Numbered from the stretch's first letter, positions 1-9,149 are shown. The stretch is DNA of 64,000 nucleotides from Candidatus Omnitrophota bacterium (GCA_013285735.1 JABDGZ010000002.1:81621-145620); one strand, 5' to 3'. Numbers and translations: made by a program. The notes: generated from the sequence alone by a model not told the origin.

Positions 1-693
1 CTCGGTCAAAAGAGTGACGTTAGGATATTCCAAGGCTGGACGGACACAGATCATTTCAGCATCAGACTTGGCATGGACCATGCAAGGAAATCCGTCGCAA
101 GTCGAACAGCGTATACATTTGCTAAAAGCACGATTTTTCTCAAGAAGACGGACACCCAAAGGTAAATGAAATGGTCGATGGCCTATTTTCTGCAGATCAT
201 CAGCTAATTGCTGGATGCGCGGCTCATGACTGACCGGGGGAAATAAATAATCAACGCTAGCTGGCCCTTCGGTGGGATCAGAACCGTGCTTACCATGAAC
301 ATCGTAAAGATGTTCTGCCTTGGTGTAATACGGTTCCATCTGTTCATAACTTAACGGCCACGCTGGTGAAATTCCGCCGTGATGCCGTAGTTCACCAAAA
401 TCTTGCGGGCGCATGCGTAAAAGCGCTGCCCCGTAAAGCTTGGTATTACCGCCGACATAATAGTGAATCCCTGGATGAAAAGGCTGACCGTTTTTATCTG
501 CCCAGGTTTCATTAGCCGTATATTTATTATCAGTAAAGACAGCGCGGGAATTCCAGTTGTCTTTTTCTTGGGGAAGGTAGGAGCCGCGTTCTAGAATCAA
601 AATGCGTTTGCCTGTGGGTGCTAACGCATGGGCCAAGGTGCCTCCACCTGCACCTGTACCAATAATAATCAAATCATAGTGATTTATCGACAT
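1..693 (-). CDS. FAD-dependent (GMC-like) oxidoreductase, N-terminal 231 aa; the 3' end lies beyond the window start
   Basis: Absent from the ORF track because it runs off the edge. Manual translation from the ATG at 691-693 gives MSINHYDLIIIGTGAGGGTLAHALAPTGKRILILERGSYLPQEKDNW... with a GxGxxG FAD/NAD Rossmann motif. The frame stays open to base 1 (...WPLSYEQMEPYYTKAEHLY...CIRCSTCDGFPCMVHAKSD...). Confidence 0.6.
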   Translation of the reverse strand, partial: MSINHYDLIIIGTGAGGGTLAHALAPTGKRILILERGSYLPQEKDNWNSRAVFTDNKYTANETWADKNGQPFHPGIHYYVGGNTKLYGAALLRMRPQDFGELRHHGGISPAWPLSYEQMEPYYTKAEHLYDVHGKHGSDPTEGPASVDYLFPPVSHEPRIQQLADDLQKIGHRPFHLPLGVRLLEKNRAFSKCIRCSTCDGFPCMVHAKSDAEMICVRPALEYPNVTLLTE

Positions 694-715
694 AGCAAGA
701 CGCTATTCTACACCA

Positions 716-1342
716 TTATGACCTATCTATAAACACTTCATTTTTATCGAAACGAACTTTCTTTAAAGCCGCATAATGATCGTCACTGGCGCGATAGCCT
801 ATGGTGCAAAGCACCACTGATTCAAGACCTGCTTTAGGCAATTCTAAAATTTCATCAAATTTCTTAGGGTCAAAACCTTCCATAGGACATGCATCTATCT
901 TTCGATGAGAGCATTCAGCCAGAAAAAAACCCAGGGCAATATACACCTGCTGTTTCATCCATTGCACAATTTCCTCAGGGCCTTTGCCCTTAATCAAATC
1001 TAGCATCATCTGTTCATAACCTGCTAAAGATTCTTTCGGCACAGCTCGAACTTGGACAATTGAATCAATGAAGCGTTTGACATATTTTTCATCAATATTT
1101 TTTAAGGCACAAAAAACAATAAGGGTATCTGCGTCAGTAATCTGAGGTTGGTTGTGGGCGTGAGGTTTTAATTCTTTTCTCAGAACGGGATCATGCACGA
1201 CCACAAATTTCCACGGCTGCAAGCCACAAGAAGAAGGAGAAAGTCTCAGGACTTCCAGCAGTTCGTCAAGCTCCTGCTTAGAAATTTTCTTAGAAGAGTC
1301 AAATTTCTTGGTGGCATAACGCCAGTTTAAATCATTATTCAT
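716..1342 (-). CDS. NAD(P)H nitroreductase family protein
   Basis: ORF 716..1393. The body (MNNDLNWRYATKKFD...LRLSPSS.GLQPW.F.VV...) is typical of nitroreductases. The first 17 codons of the track ORF ([17 protein letters not shown]) translate the REP element, so I place the start at the ATG at 1340-1342, preceded by GGGGG. Confidence 0.8.
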   Translation of the reverse strand: MNNDLNWRYATKKFDSSKKISKQELDELLEVLRLSPSSCGLQPWKFVVVHDPVLRKELKPHAHNQPQITDADTLIVFCALKNIDEKYVKRFIDSIVQVRAVPKESLAGYEQMMLDLIKGKGPEEIVQWMKQQVYIALGFFLAECSHRKIDACPMEGFDPKKFDEILELPKAGLESVVLCTIGYRASDDHYAALKKVRFDKNEVFIDRS

Positions 1343-1357
1343 ACTGTTGCCCCCGCT

Positions 1358-1384
1358 GTCATTCCCGCGAAAGCGGGAATCCAG
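1358..1384. repeat. 27-nt palindromic REP-like element, copy 1 (gtcattcccgcgaaagcgggaatccag)
   Basis: Perfect 8-bp stem (attcccgc/gcgggaat) with a gaaa loop. Identical to the copies at 20517..20543, 29769..29795 and 30687..30713, which are in reverse orientation. Confidence 0.9.
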
Positions 1385-1396
1385 TTCTTTCAAGTT

Positions 1397-1428
1397 CTAG
1401 ATCCCCGACAAAAGTATGCGAGGATGAC
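1397..1428. repeat. Degenerate REP-like copy in inverted orientation next to copy 1
   Basis: ctagatccccgacaaaagtatgcgaggatgac aligns to ctggattcccgctttcgcgggaatgac with substitutions and a longer loop. Confidence 0.45.
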
Positions 1429-1442
1429 AAGTTTAATTTAAG

Positions 1443-1480
1443 ATAAAAAACCCTCTGCGACCTTTTCGGGTCACAGAGGG
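1443..1480 (-). terminator. Rho-independent terminator downstream of csp
   Basis: On the minus strand, ccctctgtgaccc-gaaaa-gggtcgcagaggg (12-bp stem, one mismatch) is followed by TTTTTTAT, 25 nt after the csp stop. Confidence 0.8.
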
Positions 1481-1504
1481 TTTGGAAATACAAGAACTTG
1501 ATTC

Positions 1505-1705
1505 TTATATTTTTACAACGTTTTGAGCTTGTTCACCCTTAGGGCCGTTGACGATTTCGAACTCAACATCTTGTCCTTCGCCAAGTGATCTGTACCCTTC
1601 ACCTTGAATGGCAGAGTGATGCACAAATACGTCTTTGCCGTTTTCAGGAGTAATGAATCCAAAACCTTTTTGATCGTTGAACCACTTTACTTTACCTTTA
1701 ACCAT
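1505..1705 (-). CDS. csp: Cold-shock protein, CspA family (66 aa)
   Basis: [33 protein letters not shown] contains the RNP1 (KGFGFI) and RNP2 (VFVHH) motifs. Confidence 0.95.
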   Translation of the reverse strand: MVKGKVKWFNDQKGFGFITPENGKDVFVHHSAIQGEGYRSLGEGQDVEFEIVNGPKGEQAQNVVKI

Positions 1706-1827
1706 AATCTTTGAAACCTCCTTTTGATCTATACTTGAGTTCGTCTACATGACCCATAAAAAAACCGCCAGGCTTGTCCTACACCATGCGGTCTAAGATC
1801 ACAATCCTTGGAACTCGAACTCGTGTG

Positions 1828-1858
1828 ATAGTATGCACTACTTTAAGGCGTTTGTCAA
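1828..1858 (-). promoter_or_regulatory. Candidate sigma70 promoter for csp with a long 5' UTR
   Basis: The minus strand reads TTGACA (1853-1858), a 17-19 nt spacer, then CATACT/TACTAT (1828-1835). This implies a ~115-nt leader, as is common for cold-shock genes. Confidence 0.4.
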
Positions 1859-1898
1859 ATTTAATATTTGCCCTATTGCTTCGTCACCCAAACTCAAC

Positions 1899-3809
1899 TT
1901 AAGCTCCGTCGGTGTATTCCTTTCGTGAGGCTTCCAAAAATTCCCAGCGCTGATAGACTTCTAAAAGTTCTTCGGCCAATGTTTCTGAACGGGAATTAAC
2001 GCGGGCAATTTCCTTAGGGTCTTTATGATAAAAATTAATATCCGACAATAAGGCAAAAATTTCTTCCTGTTCAACTTCAAGCTTTTCAATCTTTGCAGGC
2101 AGACTTTCTAACTCGCGTTCTTCTTTAAAAGAAAGCTTTCTTAAATTTAAAGGTTTCAAAGGTTTTGACTTCTCTTCAACAGATGTAATTTGAGCTTTAG
2201 CACCGGGCGTCTTCACCTGACGCTGAGCCACCCAATCATCATAGCCGCCAGGAAATTCACCGATCTCGCCTTCGCCTTCCAAAACCATGGTGGATGTTGC
2301 CACATTGTTTAAAAATGAACGGTCGTGACTGACTATTATTAAAGTCCCGGAATACTCCATTAACAATTCTTCCAAAAGTTCCTGGGTTTCGATATCCAGA
2401 TCATTAGTCGGCTCATCCATAACCAAAAAATTAGATGGCTTGGTAAAAAGCCTGGCTAAAAATAAACGATTGCGTTCGCCACCGGAAAGGACCTTGACCG
2501 GTGTACGGGCACGGTCCGGCGTAAATAAAAAATCCTGCAAATAACCGATGATATGGCGAGGCCTGCCGTTAATGGTCACGGTGTCACCACCGGGGCAAAC
2601 ACTTTCAATAACGGTTTTTTCTTCATCAAGCTGCTGGCGCAATTGATCATAATAGGCAACTTCTAAATTGGTACCTAAACGCACCTTGCCTTTCTGAGGC
2701 TCCAGCTGCCCAAGTAAAATACGCAAAAGTGTGGTCTTGCCGCAGCCATTGGGGCCGATAACACCAATCTTGTCGCCGCGCATGATCTGTGTTGAAAAAT
2801 CTTTGATTAAACATCTCTCGCCATACGCAAATCCCAAATGAGACGCTTTGATAACCAAATGCCCTGAGGCTTCAGTTTCTTGGGCCTTCATCTTCACCTG
2901 ACCGATGAGATGACGCTGATTCATCTTCTCGATACGCAGGCGCTCCAGGGCTTTGACACGACCTTCGTTACGTGTCCGACGAGCTTTAACCCCTTTACGG
3001 ATCCAAACTTCTTCTTCCGCTAATTTGCGGTCAAAATCAATACGCTGGGCAGCTTCAACTTCAAGAGCTTGGGCTTTGCGTTCAAGAAAAATAGGGTAAG
3101 AACACGACCAGCTAAAAGTTTTACCGCGGTCAAGCTCCACAATGCGTGTCGCCAAATGCTGCATAAACATACGGTCGTGAGTTACAAAAAAAAGCGTACC
3201 TGGATAAGTCTTTAAAAATTCTTCCAGCCAATTGATGGTGTCAATATCCAGATGATTGGTAGGTTCATCCAAAAGCAGGACATCGGGCTTTAAAACCAAG
3301 GCCCTGGCTAAAAGCACACGGCGCTTTTGCCCGCCGGATAAAGTCTCAAAATCTGCCTCGCCATCAAGCTTCATTTGAGACAAGACAGTGCCTACCTCAG
3401 CATCAATGTCCCATCCGCCGCTGCGGTCTAATTCGGTTTGCAAATTATCTAATTGGCGCATTAATTCAGGAGTGTGCTCGGTATGCAGGCGATGGACCAC
3501 ATGATGGTAATCACTTAAAAGTTTGGCACGAGGCCCAAGCCCCGCAAAAACAATATCAAAGACAATGCCTTTAATATCATTGGGGACTTCTTGAGGCAAG
3601 TGTGTTACTTGAACACCCTTTTGATAAACAATCTCTCCATCGTCGATGGAAACTTGGCCTGCCATCACCTTCATCAAGGTCGTTTTACCAACCCCATTGC
3701 GGCCAAGCAAGGCAATGCGCTCACCAGGCTCCACCTGAAGACTTAAGTGATCAAACAAAAGTGGCCCACCAAAGGCCACCGATATTTCCTGCAAACTGAT
3801 AAGTGCCAT
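1899..3809 (-). CDS. uup: ABC-F family ATPase (Uup-like, 636 aa)
   Basis: Two ABC cassettes: Walker A GRNGVGKTT and GPNGCGKTT, signatures LSGGQKRR and LSGGERNR. There are no TM domains, and the tail is a charged C-terminal coiled coil. Confidence 0.85.
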   Translation of the reverse strand: MALISLQEISVAFGGPLLFDHLSLQVEPGERIALLGRNGVGKTTLMKVMAGQVSIDDGEIVYQKGVQVTHLPQEVPNDIKGIVFDIVFAGLGPRAKLLSDYHHVVHRLHTEHTPELMRQLDNLQTELDRSGGWDIDAEVGTVLSQMKLDGEADFETLSGGQKRRVLLARALVLKPDVLLLDEPTNHLDIDTINWLEEFLKTYPGTLFFVTHDRMFMQHLATRIVELDRGKTFSWSCSYPIFLERKAQALEVEAAQRIDFDRKLAEEEVWIRKGVKARRTRNEGRVKALERLRIEKMNQRHLIGQVKMKAQETEASGHLVIKASHLGFAYGERCLIKDFSTQIMRGDKIGVIGPNGCGKTTLLRILLGQLEPQKGKVRLGTNLEVAYYDQLRQQLDEEKTVIESVCPGGDTVTINGRPRHIIGYLQDFLFTPDRARTPVKVLSGGERNRLFLARLFTKPSNFLVMDEPTNDLDIETQELLEELLMEYSGTLIIVSHDRSFLNNVATSTMVLEGEGEIGEFPGGYDDWVAQRQVKTPGAKAQITSVEEKSKPLKPLNLRKLSFKEERELESLPAKIEKLEVEQEEIFALLSDINFYHKDPKEIARVNSRSETLAEELLEVYQRWEFLEASRKEYTDGA

Positions 3810-3844
3810 AAGTCGATTAGTGTACTACAGAGAATGGAAATTAG

Positions 3845-6800
3845 CTATCTAATATCTGGCGCTTTAAGTCCCACCAGAGGCCAAACATTGTCAACCGGTA
3901 TCATCTTAAGAACCTCCGGCCAAAGACTATCAACACCATCATGCCTGACGCGCGCCATCAAAGCAGCATCCACATTCATTTCAACACCATGACCTTCACG
4001 ACGAACTTTCCAATGCATACCGCTGGCGGTTAAATCAATACCCCCATAAACCTCAGCGAATGCAGCTTTATCTCCTCTTTTTAATTTAAGGGCATCGCCT
4101 ACCTTCCCTCTAAGCCGTTCCCTATATTCCTCACTAACATAATAATCCGAAGCATCCCTTCCAGCTAAATCAAGCATAACTCTTACTATCTGCTCAGGGT
4201 CCTCACTTTGATTTATCAAATTTTCGATCAATGCACTTTCCGCTTGTGATAAAGCTATTCGATCATGCACAGTATCCGATCCTCTCGTTAAACGCCTTAC
4301 TGCCTCAGATGCCCTACTATAATTAGCCAAGGCCCCTAACGCAGTCGTAAATGTAGCCGCTAATTGTTTATCAACATCATCAACCGTCATCGACCTATCG
4401 CTCTCTTTGCTTGTTGATAATCTTTTTTTGGATCGTACAATATATATGGCACGACCCTTTCTTACTAAATACATCTCCACCTTCATTACCCTGTCCTTAG
4501 CAACTGCGGTGGTAACGCGTGCTTTACCTACTAAAGGCAAAGCCTTAATCTCAGAACGTTTTTCTAAAACCTCTTTCACTAAAGGTCTCAATATCGCAAT
4601 ATTTTTCTCATTTAGTCCTATCCAATATACTGCCGATTGATTTCCTTTAAATCTTCTTACTCTCTTATTTACATCTGCATAAATCTTACCTAAAAACTCT
4701 CTACTGATCCCGTCTTTGTCACTTAACGGTAATTCTAAAGCTACTTCATGAATCAATTGTAACAATCTTATATTAAAGGGATAAAGGTAGATAAGCCCAT
4801 TAACCATATCTTCAGGCTGAGTTCCTAATTGAACAAGTAAATCTCTTTTGGGCTTTAAATTATCTTCGACACTTGCAGCTGCTATCCCAGGCGCTCGCGT
4901 AATAATTTGCATCAAACTACTTTTATCTATTCCTAATATTCTTTGCCAATCTTCTATTTTCTGTTCAGATATCCCCATGGCGACTGTTGAAGAATTAGCT
5001 CTTTTACCTGCCCTCATCGCCGTGTCGGGTAAAGTTTTCAAAATTAACGTATACAACTCCTCTATGAATGCTTTTTGACAAAATACGATCCCTGGGGATG
5101 AATTCTCTAAATCAACAAATGCTGTAGAAGTAAGAATAACCGGAATACCTTTACTTACAACCTCTTTGGCAAAACCTAAACCCTCGTCTATTTTTGGATT
5201 ATCTTCTTCTGTAGGAGGAAATTTATTGTCTGTAATAACCAACCCGAAATTATATTGCGGATCATTTAATTTACTCGTAGCATCAGCTCTGTTTGTAGCA
5301 TATTCAACTTTCAATTTTAATTTAGGATATAACTTTCTTATCCTGCGTAACATAAATACAGCATCTGGATCGTCCTCTACGATTAAGACCTCCATAGTCC
5401 TTTCTAAGCTTTTTTGATACTGATGAAGTCTACTGTATGCCTTTAAAAAGGAATGATACACCCCACCCTTGTCGAACGCTTCATAAAAATTCCCCGCAAA
5501 TTGCCAAACACCATCTCTCCAATTCCATGTATGTAATCTGTAATCCCGCTTTGAATATAAAAGAATTTGTTCTGATTGGGCTATTTCCTTTTTGATCAAA
5601 TCTACCCGTATAATTTTTGCCTGTTCAGGATCAATCTTTGCCAGGAAAACAAAGACAAACTTTCCATTCCCAAGAATCCCTGCTTTGTCCTCCTCATCCT
5701 TCATGCCTTCCAAAGCTTCCGGGGTGATTTGAGTCACTTGAAATCCCATCTTTTCATGAAACTCATCTGCAGTTGATGGGTCATTCCCAACGATCAAGAC
5801 ACGATACTTTCTATTTTCTTCTTTTTCTTCAGTAGATATCATTGCCTCATCAATAAAAAATGAATTACCCTCTAATTCATCACCAAATTCATGGACACTA
5901 TGCAATCTTTGAGAAAGATCAGAAAAGTATGCCGGATCTGACGCTCGCCTTTCATCCCAGGATAAATCAGCAATATGCTCTGTCATTCCTTCTTGGTTCA
6001 TCCCGCTTTTAAGGCTGGAATAAATTCGAATCAATGCGCTTTCTGCGGCATTGGATATTTCGTCCGGTCCATCTTTTCCACGTATAGCTGGTTCACTGGC
6101 GACGGCCAAAAAAGTAACCAACCAATCAGGAACCCGATGACGCGTATACCAGTTACCCAAAATATTTATTTGATCTACTTGAACTGTAGCTGGCCATAAA
6201 ATATTATTTTTAATCCATGCTGATAAAGCTTCTGCTGATTGATAACGCTCTGCCTTTGGCGCACTCACTAACCCGTAATGCTCTGCAATACTCCATGTAA
6301 ACCCATACATTCGCTTATAAATCTCACGCTCTTTTTGTATTCTAAATCCTTTAGGAAATTCTATCTGTGCCAATGCTCGAGGATCGTTCTTTGCAAGCAT
6401 TAAAAGATAGGTGGGAAGGTGATAAATAAAAGATAACCGTTCAACAAATAGACGATCTTCTGATTCAAAATTAGAAATGGAAGAATCTTGGGAAAAGGCA
6501 GTGGGAACTGTAAGACTAATAGGCCATTGGGCATCACCATGATACCTGAACGAGAAACACTTTGGCATGGTAGCTGTTTTTTCTACAGTAACTTCTGACA
6601 CATCTCTCCAAGCAATAGCATAAAACGGTTTATTTTGTGGAATTAGTGAACTACTGATCGTGGCTATCGTACTTAACACTCCGACCAAAAGATTAGACAA
6701 CGCAGATTCGGGGGAATTAAGTTTTTGAGCGCTTTGACTATAAAGCCTTCTCAATATTGTCCGCAACCTCTCTATCCGTTGCTCCAACTCTTTTGAAGAA

Positions 6801-8128
6801 AAAAATATATACCCCTTTTTTAACTCTGCAATGATACGTTGAGCCTCTTCTACACCAACTTCTTTTGAAATATTGGAAGAAAGCCTATCTAAAACTTCGT
6901 TAATAATCGGAGGATTTTCCTCTGCTGCAGCTGTCATCGACGCATCAACCTGAATAGGCGTAGTATTTGCAAACGTTAAAAAATTTATTATCCTGTTTTC
7001 CCAATGATTTTTGGCCATATCTTTAAGCATCGCAATAGCACCTTTAAGACGATCAGTGATTACAGCTAGCCTCCCAGGAGACGCTGCTCCTATCTCTACC
7101 CCTCCTGAAAAATATTTCCTCGGCATCGTTTCACCATTGCTTGCATTGATATCTTCTTTAATGTAATTAAATACACCCTTCTTGTACGCTTTCAGGTATT
7201 GCTCATATATTCTTTCTTTAACTGTTGGATCATTTAAGTTAATTCCCTTAACCTTGTCCTTATTCGCATACACTTGATTCAGCAATGCTTCCTTAAGACT
7301 TCTTTTATACCAACTTGCTAAAATAATGGAGTTAAAGATTTGTCGCAGATTAGCAAAGTTCTGGCCTTGATTAACTTCTTTTTCGAGTTCGGGGAGGATG
7401 ATTTGTTTGATGATATTGGAAGCAATAGAATGTGAAGTGTGTTGGCCTTGGTGTTTGGTTAATGCGAGATAATCTTCTTCTAACATCACCTTTAAATGAC
7501 TGTCTACCACAAATGCTGTTTGATTGTGTTCGAATACTTCTGCCCGGTCGGCCATGATCCATACTTTATTAAACGTATTTACCGGTACCTGGGTCGTTCC
7601 GTACATCTCTTGAGCTTTGGAATACACTTTATCCCAAAAGGTTTTACCTAATTTCTTCTCAGGATAGATCAAGGATGCGGTGATTTGTTTGAGTATGTAA
7701 TCTTGTTCCAAAAGGTCTCGCCCCATATCTGTCTGACCTAAGGCTTCAGGGATTATTCTGTTCTTTTCATACGGGGATAAATTAACCCACACATCTTTAT
7801 CTGGGATGGCTAAAGAGGCTAGAAAATACTTAATAAGCTTTTCACCTTCTTTTTTAAGAGGCTCTCCACTCATCTTGTCCTGGCCTACATCTACGATGAA
7901 ATCAAACAAGAAGGGATTGTCTTTGTGTACGGTCAAACCTTTGATGATAACCGGCTCATAGCTGGGGCTTAGATTGACCATAACGCCGGGAGCTGGCAAG
8001 ATAAGCCCACCCTCTGCCGAGTAAGCAACAGGGCAAATAGCAATATCCCCGGCAAAGGCAGAATAATTTCCTACCTCACCTGTGACTAAAAAACACAGAA
8101 GAGTTAATATAGATACCAATCTTCGCAT
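3845..8128 (-). CDS. Large Sec-signal protein P1 (1427 aa): shared N-module, receiver-domain core, GGIDL C-module
   Basis: Signal peptide MRRLVSILTLLCFLVTGEVGNYSAFA. Residues ~45-343 (nt ~7100..8000) are paralogous to 18321..21221 and 46886..53200, up to PRKYFSGG. REC-like segment at ~5050..5395 (MEVLIVEDDPDAVFMLRR...GLVITDNKFP...PVILTST...QKAF). The last 68 aa (3845..4051) begin YGGIDL. Confidence 0.8.
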   Translation of the reverse strand: MRRLVSILTLLCFLVTGEVGNYSAFAGDIAICPVAYSAEGGLILPAPGVMVNLSPSYEPVIIKGLTVHKDNPFLFDFIVDVGQDKMSGEPLKKEGEKLIKYFLASLAIPDKDVWVNLSPYEKNRIIPEALGQTDMGRDLLEQDYILKQITASLIYPEKKLGKTFWDKVYSKAQEMYGTTQVPVNTFNKVWIMADRAEVFEHNQTAFVVDSHLKVMLEEDYLALTKHQGQHTSHSIASNIIKQIILPELEKEVNQGQNFANLRQIFNSIILASWYKRSLKEALLNQVYANKDKVKGINLNDPTVKERIYEQYLKAYKKGVFNYIKEDINASNGETMPRKYFSGGVEIGAASPGRLAVITDRLKGAIAMLKDMAKNHWENRIINFLTFANTTPIQVDASMTAAAEENPPIINEVLDRLSSNISKEVGVEEAQRIIAELKKGYIFFSSKELEQRIERLRTILRRLYSQSAQKLNSPESALSNLLVGVLSTIATISSSLIPQNKPFYAIAWRDVSEVTVEKTATMPKCFSFRYHGDAQWPISLTVPTAFSQDSSISNFESEDRLFVERLSFIYHLPTYLLMLAKNDPRALAQIEFPKGFRIQKEREIYKRMYGFTWSIAEHYGLVSAPKAERYQSAEALSAWIKNNILWPATVQVDQINILGNWYTRHRVPDWLVTFLAVASEPAIRGKDGPDEISNAAESALIRIYSSLKSGMNQEGMTEHIADLSWDERRASDPAYFSDLSQRLHSVHEFGDELEGNSFFIDEAMISTEEKEENRKYRVLIVGNDPSTADEFHEKMGFQVTQITPEALEGMKDEEDKAGILGNGKFVFVFLAKIDPEQAKIIRVDLIKKEIAQSEQILLYSKRDYRLHTWNWRDGVWQFAGNFYEAFDKGGVYHSFLKAYSRLHQYQKSLERTMEVLIVEDDPDAVFMLRRIRKLYPKLKLKVEYATNRADATSKLNDPQYNFGLVITDNKFPPTEEDNPKIDEGLGFAKEVVSKGIPVILTSTAFVDLENSSPGIVFCQKAFIEELYTLILKTLPDTAMRAGKRANSSTVAMGISEQKIEDWQRILGIDKSSLMQIITRAPGIAAASVEDNLKPKRDLLVQLGTQPEDMVNGLIYLYPFNIRLLQLIHEVALELPLSDKDGISREFLGKIYADVNKRVRRFKGNQSAVYWIGLNEKNIAILRPLVKEVLEKRSEIKALPLVGKARVTTAVAKDRVMKVEMYLVRKGRAIYIVRSKKRLSTSKESDRSMTVDDVDKQLAATFTTALGALANYSRASEAVRRLTRGSDTVHDRIALSQAESALIENLINQSEDPEQIVRVMLDLAGRDASDYYVSEEYRERLRGKVGDALKLKRGDKAAFAEVYGGIDLTASGMHWKVRREGHGVEMNVDAALMARVRHDGVDSLWPEVLKMIPVDNVWPLVGLKAPDIR

Positions 8129-8208
8129 GATGAAGAAAGTTTAGCATATTTATATAAATAATGCCACTTGGAGGGGTTACTCATTTTTAATCAGAATTTA
8201 ACTAAAAT

Positions 8209-9141
8209 TTAACTAAATGTGGCGAGTAATTCTTTATTGGTGGGGATTTGTTGGAGTTTTTTAACCAGCGTTTGCGCAGCTTCGATAGGACTAAACCCGG
8301 CCAAACTGCGCCTTAATCTTTCAATCTGTTGATATTCCTTCGCCTCAAAAAGTAATTCCTGTTTGCGAGTAGCACTTTTAGAAATATCAATGGCTGGAAA
8401 AATACGATGATTGGCAATTTCTCTTGATAGAACAACTTCCATATTACCTGTTCCCTTAAATTCCTCAAAAATGACTTCATCCATACGGCTCCCGGTCTCA
8501 ATCAAAACCGTAGCTAAAATGGAAAGCGACCCGCCATTTTCAATTTTGCGCGCGGCGCCAAAAATACGGCGCGGCACCTCAAGGGCCCGGGCATCAACCC
8601 CTCCGGAAATGGTACGTCCGCTGGAACGCGTTTGCGCGTTATGCACACGTGCCAGCCTCGTCAAAGAGTCAATCACGATCATCACATTACCGCCTGCCGC
8701 GACCTCAACAAAGGCCTTCTGCATTAATTTATCTGCGATTTCAATATGGTTTTCATAACTTTGATCTGAAGAAGAATAATGAATCTCACCCGGAATCGTT
8801 CTCTTGAATTCCGTCACTTCTTCAGGCCTCTCATCAATGAGCAGGCAGTAAAGTTTAATATCCGGTGTCCCTTTGGCAACAGCCTGACAAATGTGTTTTA
8901 AAAAAGTAGTTTTGCCTGAGCCAGGCGGCGCCACAATAAGCCCGCGCTGTCCCATGCCGATGGGACATATCAAATCCATGGCACGCATGGTCAATTCCTG
9001 ACTTCCTGCTTCCAGGCGAATACGGGGAGAAGGATCAATCGGAATACCTGCCAAGAATTTCTTTTCAGATTCATCGATACGCCTCGACGGTGCTGGACGG
9101 GCGTGTTGATGCGGCTGACGGTAGGAATTATAGGGACGCAT
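8209..9141 (-). CDS. rho: Rho-like RecA-type ATPase lacking the N-terminal RNA-binding domain (310 aa)
   Basis: Colinear with the Rho C-terminal domain: PIGMGQRGLIVAPPGSGKTT (Walker A), LLIDERPEEVTEF, DSLTRLARVHN, GGVDARALEVPRRIFGAARK, EEFKGTGNMEVVLSREIA..RIFPAIDI.KS.TRK. Only ~45 aa precede this region. An in-frame stop lies 15 nt upstream of the ATG. Confidence 0.8.
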   Translation of the reverse strand: MRPYNSYRQPHQHARPAPSRRIDESEKKFLAGIPIDPSPRIRLEAGSQELTMRAMDLICPIGMGQRGLIVAPPGSGKTTFLKHICQAVAKGTPDIKLYCLLIDERPEEVTEFKRTIPGEIHYSSSDQSYENHIEIADKLMQKAFVEVAAGGNVMIVIDSLTRLARVHNAQTRSSGRTISGGVDARALEVPRRIFGAARKIENGGSLSILATVLIETGSRMDEVIFEEFKGTGNMEVVLSREIANHRIFPAIDISKSATRKQELLFEAKEYQQIERLRRSLAGFSPIEAAQTLVKKLQQIPTNKELLATFS

Positions 9142-9149
9142 AATTATAA

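Noticed and set aside
1343-1393. N-terminal extension [17 protein letters not shown] of the nitroreductase ORF
   Set aside because: It is the translation of the REP element. The ATG at 1340-1342 with an upstream G-run gives a normal nitroreductase N terminus.
7100-8000. The 5' kilobase of the three paralogs as dispersed recombinogenic DNA repeats
   Set aside because: Nucleotide identity is only moderate by eye (roughly 65-70%) and lacks long perfect stretches. I treat them as diverged paralogs, not active repeats.
8411-8758. 115-aa plus-strand ORF antisense to the Rho-like gene
   Set aside because: It is a shadow ORF inside a well-supported CDS, with no motifs or RBS. The same reasoning applies to other antisense or alternate-frame track ORFs, e.g. 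35669..36043, 39534..40028, 45514..45885, 15630..16070, 26417..26851, 38459..38851 and 41289..41516.
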